DNA of 64,000 nt, taken from the NCBI GenBank assembly GCA_965228895.1, contig OZ245842.1, positions 4,704,001-4,768,000 on the forward strand, read 5' to 3'. The notes beneath the pieces are model-generated. The model was not told the DNA's origin. It was given only the letters and a program-made list of their open reading frames with translations, and did no database searches. Source of the DNA: Alphaproteobacteria bacterium (GTDB taxonomy: Bacteria; Pseudomonadota; Alphaproteobacteria; SP197). Shown piece after piece: positions 48,093 through 58,410 of the stretch. Both the position numbers and the translations under genes were made by a program. Within the stretch, counting starts at the first letter, position 1. Each line of letters begins with the position of its first letter.

Positions 48093-49186
48093 CCGCGCCG
48101 ACACCGCGACCCGGCATCATGGAGATCAGTCCCTATGTGCCGGGCAAGAGCGGCCCGGCCGACGGCGACGATCGTCCGGTGATCAAGCTTTCTTCCAACG
48201 AATCGGCCCTGGGGCCGAGCCCCAAGGCTGTCGAAGCTGCCAAGGCGGCGGCCGAGACCATGGTGCGCTACCCCGATGGCGGCGCGACCGCGTTGCGTGA
48301 GGCGATTGGCGCCCATCACGGCCTTGACCCCGCGCGGATCATCTGCGGTGCGGGTTCCGATGAACTGCTCGAAATGATCCCGCGCGCCTATGCCGGCACC
48401 GGCGACGAGGTGCTGTTCAGTCAGTACGGCTTCGCCATGTATCCGATTGCGACCCACGCGGTCGGCGCCACGCCGGTGACGGCACCGGAGACCGACTATC
48501 ACACCGATGTCGACGCCATGCTGGATCGGGTCAGCGAACGCACGAAGATCGTGTTCCTGGCCAACCCGAACAATCCGACCGGCAGCTATATCGGCCGCGA
48601 TCAGGTTCACCGCCTGCGCGCCGGCCTGCCGGACGACGTTCTTCTGGTCCTGGATTCCGCCTATGCGGAGTTTGTCGACCACGACGACTACAGCGCCGGG
48701 CGTGAACTGGTCGATGTCGGCGAGAACACGGTGATGACGCGGACGTTTTCGAAGATCTACGCGCTCGCCGGTCTGCGTATCGGCTGGCTCTATGGCCCGC
48801 CGGCGATCGTCGACGTGTTGAACCGCATCCGCTCGCCGTTCAACGTCTCCGCTGTCGCCATCGCCGCCGCGACCGCCGCCATCGACGACCACGAGCACGT
48901 GGCGCAAGCGCGCGAACACAACAGGTTATGGCTGCCGCGCCTGACCCAGTCGCTACGCGGCCTGGGCCTTACCGTTCATCCCAGCGTGGTGAACTTCTTG
49001 CTGGTTCAGTTCCCTGGCGGCGAAGCACAGGCCAAAGCGGCCGAGGACTTCCTGGCCGCGCGGCGCATCTTTGTCCGCAACCTCGTCGCCTACGGCCTGC
49101 CCGATTGCCTGCGCATCAATCTGGGCCTGGATCACGAGATGGCCGCCCTGATCGATGCGCTCGGCGACTTCATGGAGAACGCATGA
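48089..49186 (+). CDS. hisC: Histidinol-phosphate aminotransferase
   Basis: 'KLSSNE', 'GSDE', 'ANPNNPTG', 'DSAY', 'RTFSKIYALAGLRIG'. Confidence 0.95.
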   Translation: MTAPTPRPGIMEISPYVPGKSGPADGDDRPVIKLSSNESALGPSPKAVEAAKAAAETMVRYPDGGATALREAIGAHHGLDPARIICGAGSDELLEMIPRAYAGTGDEVLFSQYGFAMYPIATHAVGATPVTAPETDYHTDVDAMLDRVSERTKIVFLANPNNPTGSYIGRDQVHRLRAGLPDDVLLVLDSAYAEFVDHDDYSAGRELVDVGENTVMTRTFSKIYALAGLRIGWLYGPPAIVDVLNRIRSPFNVSAVAIAAATAAIDDHEHVAQAREHNRLWLPRLTQSLRGLGLTVHPSVVNFLLVQFPGGEAQAKAAEDFLAARRIFVRNLVAYGLPDCLRINLGLDHEMAALIDALGDFMENA

Positions 49187-50070
49187 GCGACGAACCCATG
49201 TTCGACACCGTCTGCCTGATCGGCATCGGTCTGATTGGCTCTTCCCTGGCCCGGGTCATGCGCCGCGATGGTCTGGCGCGCCATGTCATCGCCTGCGCGC
49301 GCACCGACGAGACGCTGGCCAAGGTGGCCGAACTCGACCTGGCCGACGAAACGTCCAAGGATTTGGGCAAGGCGGTTGAGAACGCGGACCTCGTCGTCAT
49401 CTCGACGCCCATCGGCACCAATGGCGCGATTGCCGAGACCATCGCCCCGCATTTGAAACCGGGCGCCATCGTGACCGATGTCGGCTCGGTCAAACAGGCG
49501 GTCATCGCCGCTGTCGGCCCGCACATCCCCGAAGGCGTTCACTTCGTGCCCGGCCATCCGCTGGCGGGCACGGAAAACACCGGCCCCGAGGCTGGCTTTG
49601 CTGAATTGTTCGAAGGCCGCTGGTGCGTCCTGACGCCTGACGAAAAGACCGATTCCGACGCGGTCGACAAGGTCGCCGAGCTGTGGCACCGCGCCGGATC
49701 GAAGGTCGACATGATGGATGCCGAACACCATGACTGGGTGCTTGCCCTGACGTCGCATCTGCCGACCCTGATCGCTTTCAATATCGTCGGCACGGTGGCG
49801 GATCTCGAAGACAGCACCAAGCAGGAGGTCATCAAGTATTCGGCCACCGGCTTCCGCGACTTCACCCGCATCGCCGCCCAGGACCCCGTCATGTGGCGCG
49901 ACGTTTACCTGAACAACCGCGAGGCCGTCCTGGACATGCTGCAGCGATTCAGCGAGGACCTGTCGCGCCTGCAACGCGCCATCCGCTGGGGCGAAGCCGA
50001 CATGCTGGAAGACCTGTTCCGCCGCAGCCGCGACGTGCGCCGCAACATCATCGACGCCGGTCAGGCGTAG
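49183..50070 (+). CDS. tyrC: Prephenate/arogenate (cyclohexadienyl) dehydrogenase
   Basis: GIGLIG, 'TDVGSVK', 'PGHPLAGTE', 'HHD…TSHLP', 'GFRDFTRIA'. Confidence 0.9.
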   Translation: MSDEPMFDTVCLIGIGLIGSSLARVMRRDGLARHVIACARTDETLAKVAELDLADETSKDLGKAVENADLVVISTPIGTNGAIAETIAPHLKPGAIVTDVGSVKQAVIAAVGPHIPEGVHFVPGHPLAGTENTGPEAGFAELFEGRWCVLTPDEKTDSDAVDKVAELWHRAGSKVDMMDAEHHDWVLALTSHLPTLIAFNIVGTVADLEDSTKQEVIKYSATGFRDFTRIAAQDPVMWRDVYLNNREAVLDMLQRFSEDLSRLQRAIRWGEADMLEDLFRRSRDVRRNIIDAGQA

Positions 50071-50090
50071 CGTTTTTTCTTTAGTTGCGG

Positions 50091-50194
50091 CACCGGCCCA
50101 CTCCCCCGCCTCCGGGGCAAAACGCCGAAAGGCGTTTTCGCCGAGGCCACCCCGAGGATGCTGCCATGGGTGGCCGGGCGGGGGAGTGGGCCGG
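50091..50194. repeat. Long GC-rich hairpin, family B copy 1, with nested hairpin insertion
   Basis: CCGGCCCACTCCCCCGCC-[34-nt insert]-GGCCACCC…GGGTGGCCGGGCGGGGGAGTGGGCCGG between convergent genes. Confidence 0.8.
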
Positions 50195-50207
50195 CAAGGT
50201 CAGCGCC

Positions 50208-51236
50208 CTAAAGCAACATATCCGGCGGCAGCACGGGCGGTACCGGCATCAGCGGCACCGGGCCGACAAAGAGCGTACCGTTCTGAACGGTGACCGGCAC
50301 GCTCAGCCGCCGTTCGCCCGTCTCCGCGTCCTGGTCGGCCATGACATCCAGGACGGTCGAGGCGATCGACGCCTGATTGCGTGAGACCGACCCGACATCG
50401 ACGAGGGCGTCGATCAGATCGTTGTAACCGACAATGTCGGCGGTAAAGGCGCCGACCGGGCGAAACCCCTGATCGACGGCCACGGTGCCGTCGGCCTCGA
50501 TATCGAGCGGCGGCCAATCGAGCTTGAACGACAGGACATCCAGCACGCCACCGGTATCGCGCCAGACCGCGAGGCGGTCGCGCACCGGCCCACCGGACGG
50601 CACGGCGCCGGTTAAGCGCAAGGCGGCCGCCAGAAACGGCACCTCGCCGGAAAACGGCTCGGGCATACGCGCCACAAATCCCAGATCGTCAATCTGAACG
50701 AACAGATCGTGCGCCTGGCCACCATCGACCTGCTCGGCTTCGACCAGGATCCGGCCAGCGGTAATCGGCGCCTGGTTCTGTTCGACGGTGATAACAGCGT
50801 CCAGTGTCTCCGTTGTGACCTTGCTCGCGCGACCGTTGAATATCTCGACCTGACCGAGCGCTTTCGAGGACTGCACCAGCACCATGCGCGGCTGGTCGCC
50901 GGCGTTGATGTAGATGCGCTGCTCCTCCGGCAGATCGAGCTGGATACGGTCGAACTCCCAGGGAAGATACCGTGCGACCAGCCAGGCGCCGGACCAGGTC
51001 GCCGCCTGGCCTTCGCCGTGCCAGACGATCTCCGGCGTCGTAATCCGGATGTTCATGCCGAACGGAAAACCCGAGACCTCGGTGGCCGCATAGGTCGCGT
51101 GCCAATCCTTGTCGGGCTCGATCGCGGCCCAGGCGGCGATCCAATCCTCGGACCGCCCGGCCAGGACAAACCAGAACACGGTATAGGCGACGGCCAAAAG
51201 GACCAGAACGGCGATAGGCCATTTCAAGAAGCGCAT
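50208..51236 (-). CDS. DUF2125-family protein
   Basis: N-terminal anchor 'YTVFWF', 'SGFPF', 'WRDTGG', C-terminal 'LFVGPVPL'. Confidence 0.8.
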   Translation of the reverse strand: MRFLKWPIAVLVLLAVAYTVFWFVLAGRSEDWIAAWAAIEPDKDWHATYAATEVSGFPFGMNIRITTPEIVWHGEGQAATWSGAWLVARYLPWEFDRIQLDLPEEQRIYINAGDQPRMVLVQSSKALGQVEIFNGRASKVTTETLDAVITVEQNQAPITAGRILVEAEQVDGGQAHDLFVQIDDLGFVARMPEPFSGEVPFLAAALRLTGAVPSGGPVRDRLAVWRDTGGVLDVLSFKLDWPPLDIEADGTVAVDQGFRPVGAFTADIVGYNDLIDALVDVGSVSRNQASIASTVLDVMADQDAETGERRLSVPVTVQNGTLFVGPVPLMPVPPVLPPDMLL

Positions 51237-51317
51237 GGCTCCTTATATCCTGCCGCCCCCTTGCCCGCGACCATCATCAGCCTTATGTGGCGTGGCACAT
51301 GCCTGGGACTAGGGGAC

Positions 51318-51881
51318 ATGACCGATCGTTGGACTGAGCCGAACGGCGACATATGGGTCTTCGGCTACGGCTCGCTGATCTGGCGGCCGGGCTTTGACTA
51401 TGTCCTGCGCCGACAGGCGCTGATCCACGGCTATCACCGGTCATTCTGTATCTTTTCCCACTATCACCGCGGCACGCCGGAAAAGCCCGGATTGGTGCTC
51501 GGCCTGGACCGTGGGGGGTCGTGCCGGGGCGTCGTCTATCGGGTTACCGCCCAGAATGCATCCGGTGTGATCGACTACCTGGACGCGCGCGAACGGGTCA
51601 CCGACGTCTATCACCAGGCATGGGTGGCGGCGAAAACCGACCACGGGACAGTCAAGGCGCTGGCCTATGTGCCGCGCTATCGCACCCACCCGCAATATGC
51701 CGGCAAGCTGGAACCGGAGCGCGCCGCCGATCTGATCGCCCACGGTGTCGGCAATTCAGGTCCCGGCTGGGAATACCTGGAGCACACCGTCAACCATCTG
51801 GACGAACTGGGCATCCGTGATCGGAGCCTGGCGGACCTGCATCAGCGGGTCAGGACGATTCGCAGCCGAAGACGGCGGTAA
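51318..51881 (+). CDS. chaC: Gamma-glutamylcyclotransferase (ChaC family)
   Basis: 'WVFGYGSLIW', 'HRGTPEKPGLVLGL', 'YLDARE', 'GNSGP..EYL'. Confidence 0.9.
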   Translation: MTDRWTEPNGDIWVFGYGSLIWRPGFDYVLRRQALIHGYHRSFCIFSHYHRGTPEKPGLVLGLDRGGSCRGVVYRVTAQNASGVIDYLDARERVTDVYHQAWVAAKTDHGTVKALAYVPRYRTHPQYAGKLEPERAADLIAHGVGNSGPGWEYLEHTVNHLDELGIRDRSLADLHQRVRTIRSRRRR

Positions 51882-51917
51882 CCGCTGGCCTGGAAGGCCA
51901 ACGCTTAGCTGGCATCA

Positions 51918-51986
51918 CCGGCCCGCTCCCCCTCCCGGCCACCCATGGCAGTATCCTCTGGGTGGCCGGGAGGGGGAGCGGGCCGG
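51918..51986. repeat. Long GC-rich hairpin, family B copy 2
   Basis: 28-bp perfect stem CCGGCCCGCTCCCCCTCCCGGCCACCCA with a 13-nt loop TGGCAGTATCCTC, between convergent genes. Confidence 0.85.
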
Positions 51987-52012
51987 CACCGATTGCGCGT
52001 GAGCAAAGCTAC

Positions 52013-52564
52013 CTATTCGGCGTTGTCGGAGGGATAGACGCCCCAGAGCGAGGCCATGGGCAGCCAGCCCTTGGCGCCACTCATATCGACGCGGCACCAA
52101 TCGTCTTCGCAGGACAGAAGCGTCCCCTGGACGCCTGGTTCGGCGCGGAACACGGGGAAGGCGCTATCCGACGGGTCTTCGCGCGCGGTTGCCAAATTGA
52201 CGCCATCGACCATGACCGTGCGCTGGCCCGACAGCATGACCCGGTGCACCCAGCCCACGGTGCCCTCGATATCCTGGATCTTACGCCACTGGTCGTACTC
52301 GGCGATGATCTCGACCGGCAGGCCCTTGCGGGTGTAGACCCACTCGACCGGATAGGCCTGACCCGGACCGGCGCGCATGTTGACCTCATCGGCCTTCAAC
52401 GACGCGAACCGCGGCAACGGCAGATCCTGGGCCTCGGTACCGGTCAAGCCGACGAACGTGCCGATAAGAAAAACCGCTACGGCAGTGCTCAGGTTGCGTT
52501 GTCCGGCATAAATGTATTTGCTAAAGAACGCGCGCACGCCGGCCGACAAATAATTGACGCGCAT
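52013..52564 (-). CDS. Bacterial SH3 (DUF1058-type) protein; start uncertain
   Basis: 'LPLPRFASLK', 'NMRAGPG…YPVEW', 'GLPVEI', 'GWVH', 'LWGV'. Confidence 0.82.
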   Translation of the reverse strand: MRVNYLSAGVRAFFSKYIYAGQRNLSTAVAVFLIGTFVGLTGTEAQDLPLPRFASLKADEVNMRAGPGQAYPVEWVYTRKGLPVEIIAEYDQWRKIQDIEGTVGWVHRVMLSGQRTVMVDGVNLATAREDPSDSAFPVFRAEPGVQGTLLSCEDDWCRVDMSGAKGWLPMASLWGVYPSDNAE

Positions 52565-52583
52565 CCTGGTACCTGGGAGTGAC

Positions 52584-53570
52584 ATGTCCCGTAAACGTCC
52601 CCTTGTAATCGTGACCCGCAAATTGCCCGACGTCATCGAGACGCGGATGATGGAACTGTTTGATACGCGGCTCAACGATGACGATCATCCCATGAGCCGC
52701 GACGAACTGGTCGAGGCGGTCAAAACGGCCGATATCCTGGTGCCGACCCTGACCGACCGTATCGATAAAGGCATCCTGGCCCAGGCCGGCGAGAACCTGC
52801 GCCTGATCGCCAACTTCGCCACCGGCGTCGATCATATCGATTTGGCGGCCGCCCGTGAACGGGGCATTACCGTCACCAACACGCCGGGCGTGCTGACCGA
52901 AGACACCGCCGACATGACGATGGCGCTGATCCTGGCCGTCATCCGCCGGGTCAGCGAGGGCGAGCGCCTGATTCGCGATGGCGAGTGGACCGGTTGGGGG
53001 CCCAACTTCATGCTCGGCCACCGGCTGTGGGGCAAGCGGCTCGGCATCATCGGCATGGGCCGCATCGGTTCCGCCGTCGCGCGCCGCGCCCGGGGCTTCG
53101 GCCTCTCGATCCACTACCACAACCGGCGCCAGCTTCCCGAGGCCGCGGAAAACGCGCTGGAGGCGACCTATTGGGAAAGCCTCGATCAGATGCTGGCGCG
53201 CATGGACATCATCTCGGTCAACTGCCCGCATACGCCGGCGACTTTTCACCTGCTCTCGGCGCGTCGTCTGAAACTTCTGAAAGAGACCGCCGTCGTGGTC
53301 AACACCTCGCGCGGCGAGGTTATCGACGAGCAGGCTCTGACCCGGATTTTGCGCGACAAGGCGATCGCTGGCGCCGGCCTTGACGTCTTCGAGCACGAGC
53401 CGGCGGTCAATCCCAAGCTCCTGGCGCTCAACAACGTCGTCCTGCTGCCCCATATGGGTTCGGCCACCATCGAGGGCCGGATCGACATGGGCGAAAAGGT
53501 CATCATCAACATCAAGACCTTCGTCGACGGCCACAAACCGCCGGACCGGGTCATCGATACGCTGCTCTAA
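52584..53570 (+). CDS. D-2-hydroxyacid dehydrogenase (glyoxylate reductase / D-glycerate dehydrogenase)
   Basis: 'TNTPGVLTEDTAD', GMGRIG, 'NTSRGEV', 'LDVFEHEP', 'PHMGSAT'. Confidence 0.92.
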   Translation: MSRKRPLVIVTRKLPDVIETRMMELFDTRLNDDDHPMSRDELVEAVKTADILVPTLTDRIDKGILAQAGENLRLIANFATGVDHIDLAAARERGITVTNTPGVLTEDTADMTMALILAVIRRVSEGERLIRDGEWTGWGPNFMLGHRLWGKRLGIIGMGRIGSAVARRARGFGLSIHYHNRRQLPEAAENALEATYWESLDQMLARMDIISVNCPHTPATFHLLSARRLKLLKETAVVVNTSRGEVIDEQALTRILRDKAIAGAGLDVFEHEPAVNPKLLALNNVVLLPHMGSATIEGRIDMGEKVIINIKTFVDGHKPPDRVIDTLL

Positions 53571-53584
53571 GGCAGGCTCCGCGT

Positions 53585-53995
53585 TCAAACGAACAGTGTC
53601 TGGCCTTCCGGCTCGGTCTGGCCGAAGAAGGTGACGAGGCCGCTGACTTCGATCGCGATGTCGTCGCGCAGATCGTCGGCCATCATGTCCTCGGCCTTCA
53701 GGCCGGCCTCGCAGACCATGAAGGCGACGTCCATCGCATCGCAGGACTGCAGCAGCGTCTCGAAGTCGGCGATGTTCCGCTCCTTCAAATGATCGTCCCA
53801 TTCGGCACCCGACAAATTCACCCAGCCATCGGGACGGCGCAGCGCCTGGGTGGCGCCCATGGTGAAGAAAAGCGTGACCGGCCGATCGACGGCCGCGGCG
53901 GCCGCCGCCATCATCAGCGCATAGTGGACACGTCCGAAATCGCCGGAATGAACGACGATGGAAAGGCGCCCCTGGTTGGCGGCAGTCTCAGACAT
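53585..53995 (-). CDS. DsrE/DsrF-like family protein
   Basis: 'VHYALMMAAAAAA…VTLFFTMGA', 'FMVCEAG', C-terminal 'TLFV'. Confidence 0.8.
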   Translation of the reverse strand: MSETAANQGRLSIVVHSGDFGRVHYALMMAAAAAAVDRPVTLFFTMGATQALRRPDGWVNLSGAEWDDHLKERNIADFETLLQSCDAMDVAFMVCEAGLKAEDMMADDLRDDIAIEVSGLVTFFGQTEPEGQTLFV

Positions 53996-54794
53996 GGACG
54001 TGACCCGAGAGGTCCTTGATCGTCGCCTGCGGCCCGCATAGGGCGCAGTCGGGATCAGCACCATAGCTGACCCGCCGGAACTCGGTGCCCAGCGCGTCAT
54101 AGATCACCAGTGTGCCGTCCAAACGCTCGCCGAGCTCCAGGATCTCCTTCAGGACCTCAACCGCCTGGAGCGAGCCCATAACGCCCGCAATGGCGCCCAG
54201 GATGCCAGCCTCCGAACACGTCGGGATGACACCGTCGGGCGGCGGATTGGGGAACAGGCAGCGGTAACAGGGGTGTTCGCCGTCTTCAAACGCGCGAAAC
54301 GTGGTCAACTGACCGTCGAACCGCAGCATGGCCGCGCTGACCAGCGGTTTTTTCGCCAGGAAAGAGGCGTCGTTGATCAGATAGCGGGTCGCAAAGTTGT
54401 CGGTGCCGTCGCAGACGAGATCATAGCCGGCGACGATGTCGAGCGCGTTGTCGGCCTCGAACCGTTCGTGGTGCAGGATGACCTCGACCTCGGGATTGAG
54501 TGCTTCAACCGCCTGGCGCGCGCTTTCGGTCTTCGCGACGCCGACACGGTCGGTCGTATGGATGACCTGACGCTGCAGGTTGGAGAAGTCGACGTCGTCG
54601 TTGTCGACAACGCCCAGGGTGCCCACACCGGCAGCGGCCAGGTACATCAGAAGCGGCGCGCCAAGCCCGCCGGCGCCGATTACCAAGACCTTGGCCTGCA
54701 TCAGCTTGGTCTGGCCGATGCCCCCGACCTCCGGCATGACGATGTGGCGGGCGTAGCGCTGAAGCTGCGCTTCGGTGAAGTCGGCGATATCCAT
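53988..54794 (-). CDS. moeB: Molybdopterin-synthase adenylyltransferase (MoeB/ThiF family)
   Basis: 'RYARH', GAGGLG, 'SNLQRQ', 'DGTDNF', CYRC, 'TCSEAG', CxxC. Confidence 0.9.
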   Translation of the reverse strand: MDIADFTEAQLQRYARHIVMPEVGGIGQTKLMQAKVLVIGAGGLGAPLLMYLAAAGVGTLGVVDNDDVDFSNLQRQVIHTTDRVGVAKTESARQAVEALNPEVEVILHHERFEADNALDIVAGYDLVCDGTDNFATRYLINDASFLAKKPLVSAAMLRFDGQLTTFRAFEDGEHPCYRCLFPNPPPDGVIPTCSEAGILGAIAGVMGSLQAVEVLKEILELGERLDGTLVIYDALGTEFRRVSYGADPDCALCGPQATIKDLSGHVHV

Positions 54795-55243
54795 CAGGCA
54801 GTCCCCGTCGATCCATGGCCGCCGGCGCCGCGCGCCGTGTCGTCCAGGACGTCGACCTCGACAAGTTCGGCCCGTGTCACCGGCGCGATAACCATCTGTG
54901 CGATACGCATGCCCCGTTCTATCACGAACGGCTCGCTGCCCAGGTTGATCAGGATAACCATGACCTCCCCGCGATAATCCGCATCAATCGTGCCCGGGGT
55001 GTTGAGCACCGTCACGCCATGTTTGGCGGCCAGGCCCGAACGCGGCCTGACCTGGGCCTCATAGCCTACGGGCAGCGCGATCGACAGGCCTGTCGGCACC
55101 AGGGCGCGTTCGTGCACGTTCAGATCGATCGGTTCATCGACAGCCGCCCGCAGGTCAAGGCCGGCGGCATCCGCCGTCGCATAGGCCGGCAAGTCCAGGC
55201 CCTGGCCGTGGGCGAGCCTTAAGACGTTAACCTCCAGGCTCAC
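54794..55243 (-). CDS. dut: dUTP diphosphatase
   Basis: 'AAGLDL', 'RPRSGLA', '[11 protein letters not shown]', 'RIAQMV', '[10 protein letters not shown]'. Confidence 0.96.
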   Translation of the reverse strand: MSLEVNVLRLAHGQGLDLPAYATADAAGLDLRAAVDEPIDLNVHERALVPTGLSIALPVGYEAQVRPRSGLAAKHGVTVLNTPGTIDADYRGEVMVILINLGSEPFVIERGMRIAQMVIAPVTRAELVEVDVLDDTARGAGGHGSTGTA

Positions 55244-56457
55244 GCGGCAAGCCGTTCGGCGATGCGTTGTGCGAGTTCTCGGGCGACCTCGGCCTTTGTC
55301 ATGCGCGGCCAATCCTCGACCCCGTCGGCCGAGACCAGATGGACGCTGTTGTCGTCACCGCCGAAGGTGCCTGTTCCCACCGAGACATCGTTGGCGACGA
55401 TCCAGTCACAGCCCTTACTGGCCAGCTTGCCCTTGGCGTAAGCAACGACATCGCCGGTTTCGGCGGCAAAGCCGATGACCAGACGCGGCCGGCGGTCGTT
55501 GCGCCCGGCAAGGGTCGCCAGGATGTCCGGGTTCTCCGCCATCTCCAGAACCGGCGCGCCATCGCCGTTCTTCTTGAGCTTGGTCGAGGCCTCGCGGGCG
55601 ACACGCCAATCGGCGACGGCGGCGGCACAGACCGCAACATCGGCCGGCAGCGCATCGTCGCAGGCCGCCAGCATGTCCCGGGCGGTCTCGACATGAATTA
55701 CATGCACGCCGCATGGGTCCGGTTGGGCGGTCGGCCCAGAGACAAGGGTGACCCGCGCGCCAAGGGTGGCGCACGCCGCGGCGATCGCATGGCCCTGCTT
55801 GCCGGAAGATCGGTTGGCGATATAGCGCACGGGGTCGATCGGTTCATAGGTCGGCCCGCTGGTGACCAAGGCGTGCAGGCCGGCAAGCGGACGCGCTGCG
55901 CCCTCAGGCCGGCCTTCGCCGAAAAAATCGTCGATCGCCTCAATAATGGCCGCGGGCTCGGCCATGCGGCCCTTGCCGACTTCGCCACAGGCAAGGTCGC
56001 CCTCGCCGGAATCAACGAACATGACGCCGTCGTCTTTGAGGCGCGCCATGTTGCGCTGGGTCGCCGGATGCTCCCACATGCGCGTGTTCATGGTCGGCGC
56101 CACCAAGACGGGCTTGTCGGTCGCCAGGAGGACGGTCGCGGCCAGATCGTCGGTCATGCCGGCCGCCATGCGCGCCATCAAATCGGCTGAAGCAGGCGCG
56201 ACAACGATCAGGTCGGCTTCGCGGGACAGGCGGATATGGCCCATCTCGCTCTCGTCGATCAGCGAGAACAGATCCTGATACACCTTGTCGCCGGATAGCG
56301 CGGCCACCGACAGCGGCGTCACAAACTGCGCGCCACCGGCGGTCAGCACACAGCGTACGGCCGCGCGGCGCTCGCGAAGCCGCCGGATCAGCTCCAGCGA
56401 CTTATAGGCCGCGATACCGCCGGAAATGATCAACAGAAGACGTTTGCCGTCCAGCAT
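55240..56457 (-). CDS. coaBC: Phosphopantothenoylcysteine decarboxylase/ligase
   Basis: 'GGIAAYK', 'PTMNTRMW', 'LACGE.G.GR', '[15 protein letters not shown]', 'GFAAET'. Confidence 0.96.
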   Translation of the reverse strand: MLDGKRLLLIISGGIAAYKSLELIRRLRERRAAVRCVLTAGGAQFVTPLSVAALSGDKVYQDLFSLIDESEMGHIRLSREADLIVVAPASADLMARMAAGMTDDLAATVLLATDKPVLVAPTMNTRMWEHPATQRNMARLKDDGVMFVDSGEGDLACGEVGKGRMAEPAAIIEAIDDFFGEGRPEGAARPLAGLHALVTSGPTYEPIDPVRYIANRSSGKQGHAIAAACATLGARVTLVSGPTAQPDPCGVHVIHVETARDMLAACDDALPADVAVCAAAVADWRVAREASTKLKKNGDGAPVLEMAENPDILATLAGRNDRRPRLVIGFAAETGDVVAYAKGKLASKGCDWIVANDVSVGTGTFGGDDNSVHLVSADGVEDWPRMTKAEVARELAQRIAERLAA

Positions 56458-56837
56458 CGGGGCCTCCTCGGCTGATCGTCATGCTGCACCTGCGAAAAGG
56501 TAGGCGCGTGGACGGGATGGTGCAAGGGGGCGTCTTGGCACTCCTAGCGTTCACACGATTGTCCCGTTTTGACACATGAACCGTGTCCACCCCACGCCGA
56601 CAGGCTGACGCAGGCGACTTGGTGATCGTGATCGTCGATCGTCAGAACCCATCGTTCCGAAGCCCGATCCGACCTATGGCGCGGGTATCCACCCGCGTCG
56701 TGGTCAAGCCTAGACAATCGTAGAACACCGGGACGGCCGGCATCGGACATCACCGCCGATACCGGTCACGCGATACAACCGAGACGATATCGTGGGGTTC
56801 GGGCAGATCTGGGCGCCCAATCTGCCTCCATCGCCGG

Positions 56838-58394
56838 TCACTCAATAAGAGCGATTACCGCGACGAGCAGCGCAAACCCGGCAACCAGCCATAACCAGCG
56901 CAACGTCCTGGACGTGCGCGCCGCCTGCTGGCGGGCCATGTCTTCGACGGTGTCGGGATGCAGCTTCAAGCCGCCACTTGTCAGGTCGTTGACCAGCTTT
57001 TCTGCCTTCAACGCCATGCCCGGCATACGCTGCACGAACTCACCGGCATCGTTGGCGCCATCCATGAGCTTGGCCTGCGGGCCTAAGTTGGCAACGCTCC
57101 ACTCCTCGATCAGCGGGCGTGCGACGTCCCAGATATTGAGACCGGGTGTCAGCGCGCGCCCGATGCCTTCGGTCATCAACATGGTCTTCTGCAACATCAG
57201 CAATTGCGGCTGGGTCTCCATGCCGAACTGTTCGGTAACGCGAAACAATTGCGCCAAGAGGCGCGCCAGGGAGATGTCACTAAGCGGCCGTTCGAAGATC
57301 GGTTCGCCGATCGATCGGCATGCCTGCATAAAGAGATCGCGCGATGACGACTTCGGTACATAACCGGCTTCGAAATGCACGTCTGCGACACGCCCATAGT
57401 CGCGCGTCAGGAAACCGAGCAGCATCTCCGCCAGCGTGCGCCGGGTCTGCCGGTCAAGCCTGCCCATGATGCCAAAGTCGACGGCAACGATAATGCCGTC
57501 TTCGTCGACGAACAGATTGCCGGGGTGCATGTCGGCATGAAAGAAGCCATCGCGGAACACCTGGTTGAAAAATGTCTCGGCAGCCTGTTCGACAATCCTT
57601 CCGGGATCGTGGCCGGCTGCGATCAAGGCGTCACGTTCATCGATGGGGATGCCGTCAATACGTTCGACCGTCATGACGCGCCGCCCGGTGCGCTGCCAGT
57701 CGACAGCCGGCACACGAAAACCGGCATCGCCGGCGGTGTTCTCCGCCAGTTCCGACGCGGCCGCGGCTTCCAACCGCAGATCCATCTCGACCGCGACGGA
57801 CTCGGCCAGAGTCCTGACCACTTCGACAGGTTTTAGACGGCGTAAACTGGGCTGCGTGCGTTCGACCCACTCGGCGAGCCATTGCGCCAACGCCATATCG
57901 GCCGCAAAGACATCCTCGATACCCGGGCGCAAGACCTTGACCGCGACATCGCGGCCATCCGTCGTGGTGGCAAAGTGCACCTGCGCAATCGACGCAGCGG
58001 CGACAGCGTTGTCGTCGAAACTCTCGAACAAGGTGTCGACGTTTTCGTCCAACGCCTCTTCGATGGCCGCGCGCGCGGCGTCACCGGAGAACGCGGGCAG
58101 GCTATCCTGGAGGTTGGAAAGGTCGTGCGCGATCTCGTCACCGACAAGATCGGGCCGCACCGACAGCAGCTGGCCAACCTTGATGAAACTGGGACCCAGT
58201 TCCTGAAGCGCGGCGCCTAAACGTTCGCCGCGCCGGCCGGGCACCTCTTGGCGCGACACCTGACGCGCGGCCCATGTCAGCGGCGGCGCCACACCAAGCA
58301 TCTCCAGCGGGAACAACGCATCGTGTCGGGCAAGCGTTCGCGCGATGGCGAACAAACGGCCGAGATGGCGAACGCTTGCGAAGACGCCGCTCAT
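56838..58394 (-). CDS. ubiB: Ubiquinone biosynthesis kinase-like protein UbiB
   Basis: 'LGPSFIKVGQ', 'AAASIAQVH', 'VAVKV', 'GFFHADMHPGN', 'DFGIMG'. Confidence 0.95.
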   Translation of the reverse strand: MSGVFASVRHLGRLFAIARTLARHDALFPLEMLGVAPPLTWAARQVSRQEVPGRRGERLGAALQELGPSFIKVGQLLSVRPDLVGDEIAHDLSNLQDSLPAFSGDAARAAIEEALDENVDTLFESFDDNAVAAASIAQVHFATTTDGRDVAVKVLRPGIEDVFAADMALAQWLAEWVERTQPSLRRLKPVEVVRTLAESVAVEMDLRLEAAAASELAENTAGDAGFRVPAVDWQRTGRRVMTVERIDGIPIDERDALIAAGHDPGRIVEQAAETFFNQVFRDGFFHADMHPGNLFVDEDGIIVAVDFGIMGRLDRQTRRTLAEMLLGFLTRDYGRVADVHFEAGYVPKSSSRDLFMQACRSIGEPIFERPLSDISLARLLAQLFRVTEQFGMETQPQLLMLQKTMLMTEGIGRALTPGLNIWDVARPLIEEWSVANLGPQAKLMDGANDAGEFVQRMPGMALKAEKLVNDLTSGGLKLHPDTVEDMARQQAARTSRTLRWLWLVAGFALLVAVIALIE

Positions 58395-58410
58395 GACTGC
58401 GGATATCGTC

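Noticed and set aside
25171-51986. CRISPR array or IS interpretation of the palindromic repeats
   Set aside because: Copies are dispersed, with no repeat-spacer periodicity and no cas, transposase or integrase gene in the window.
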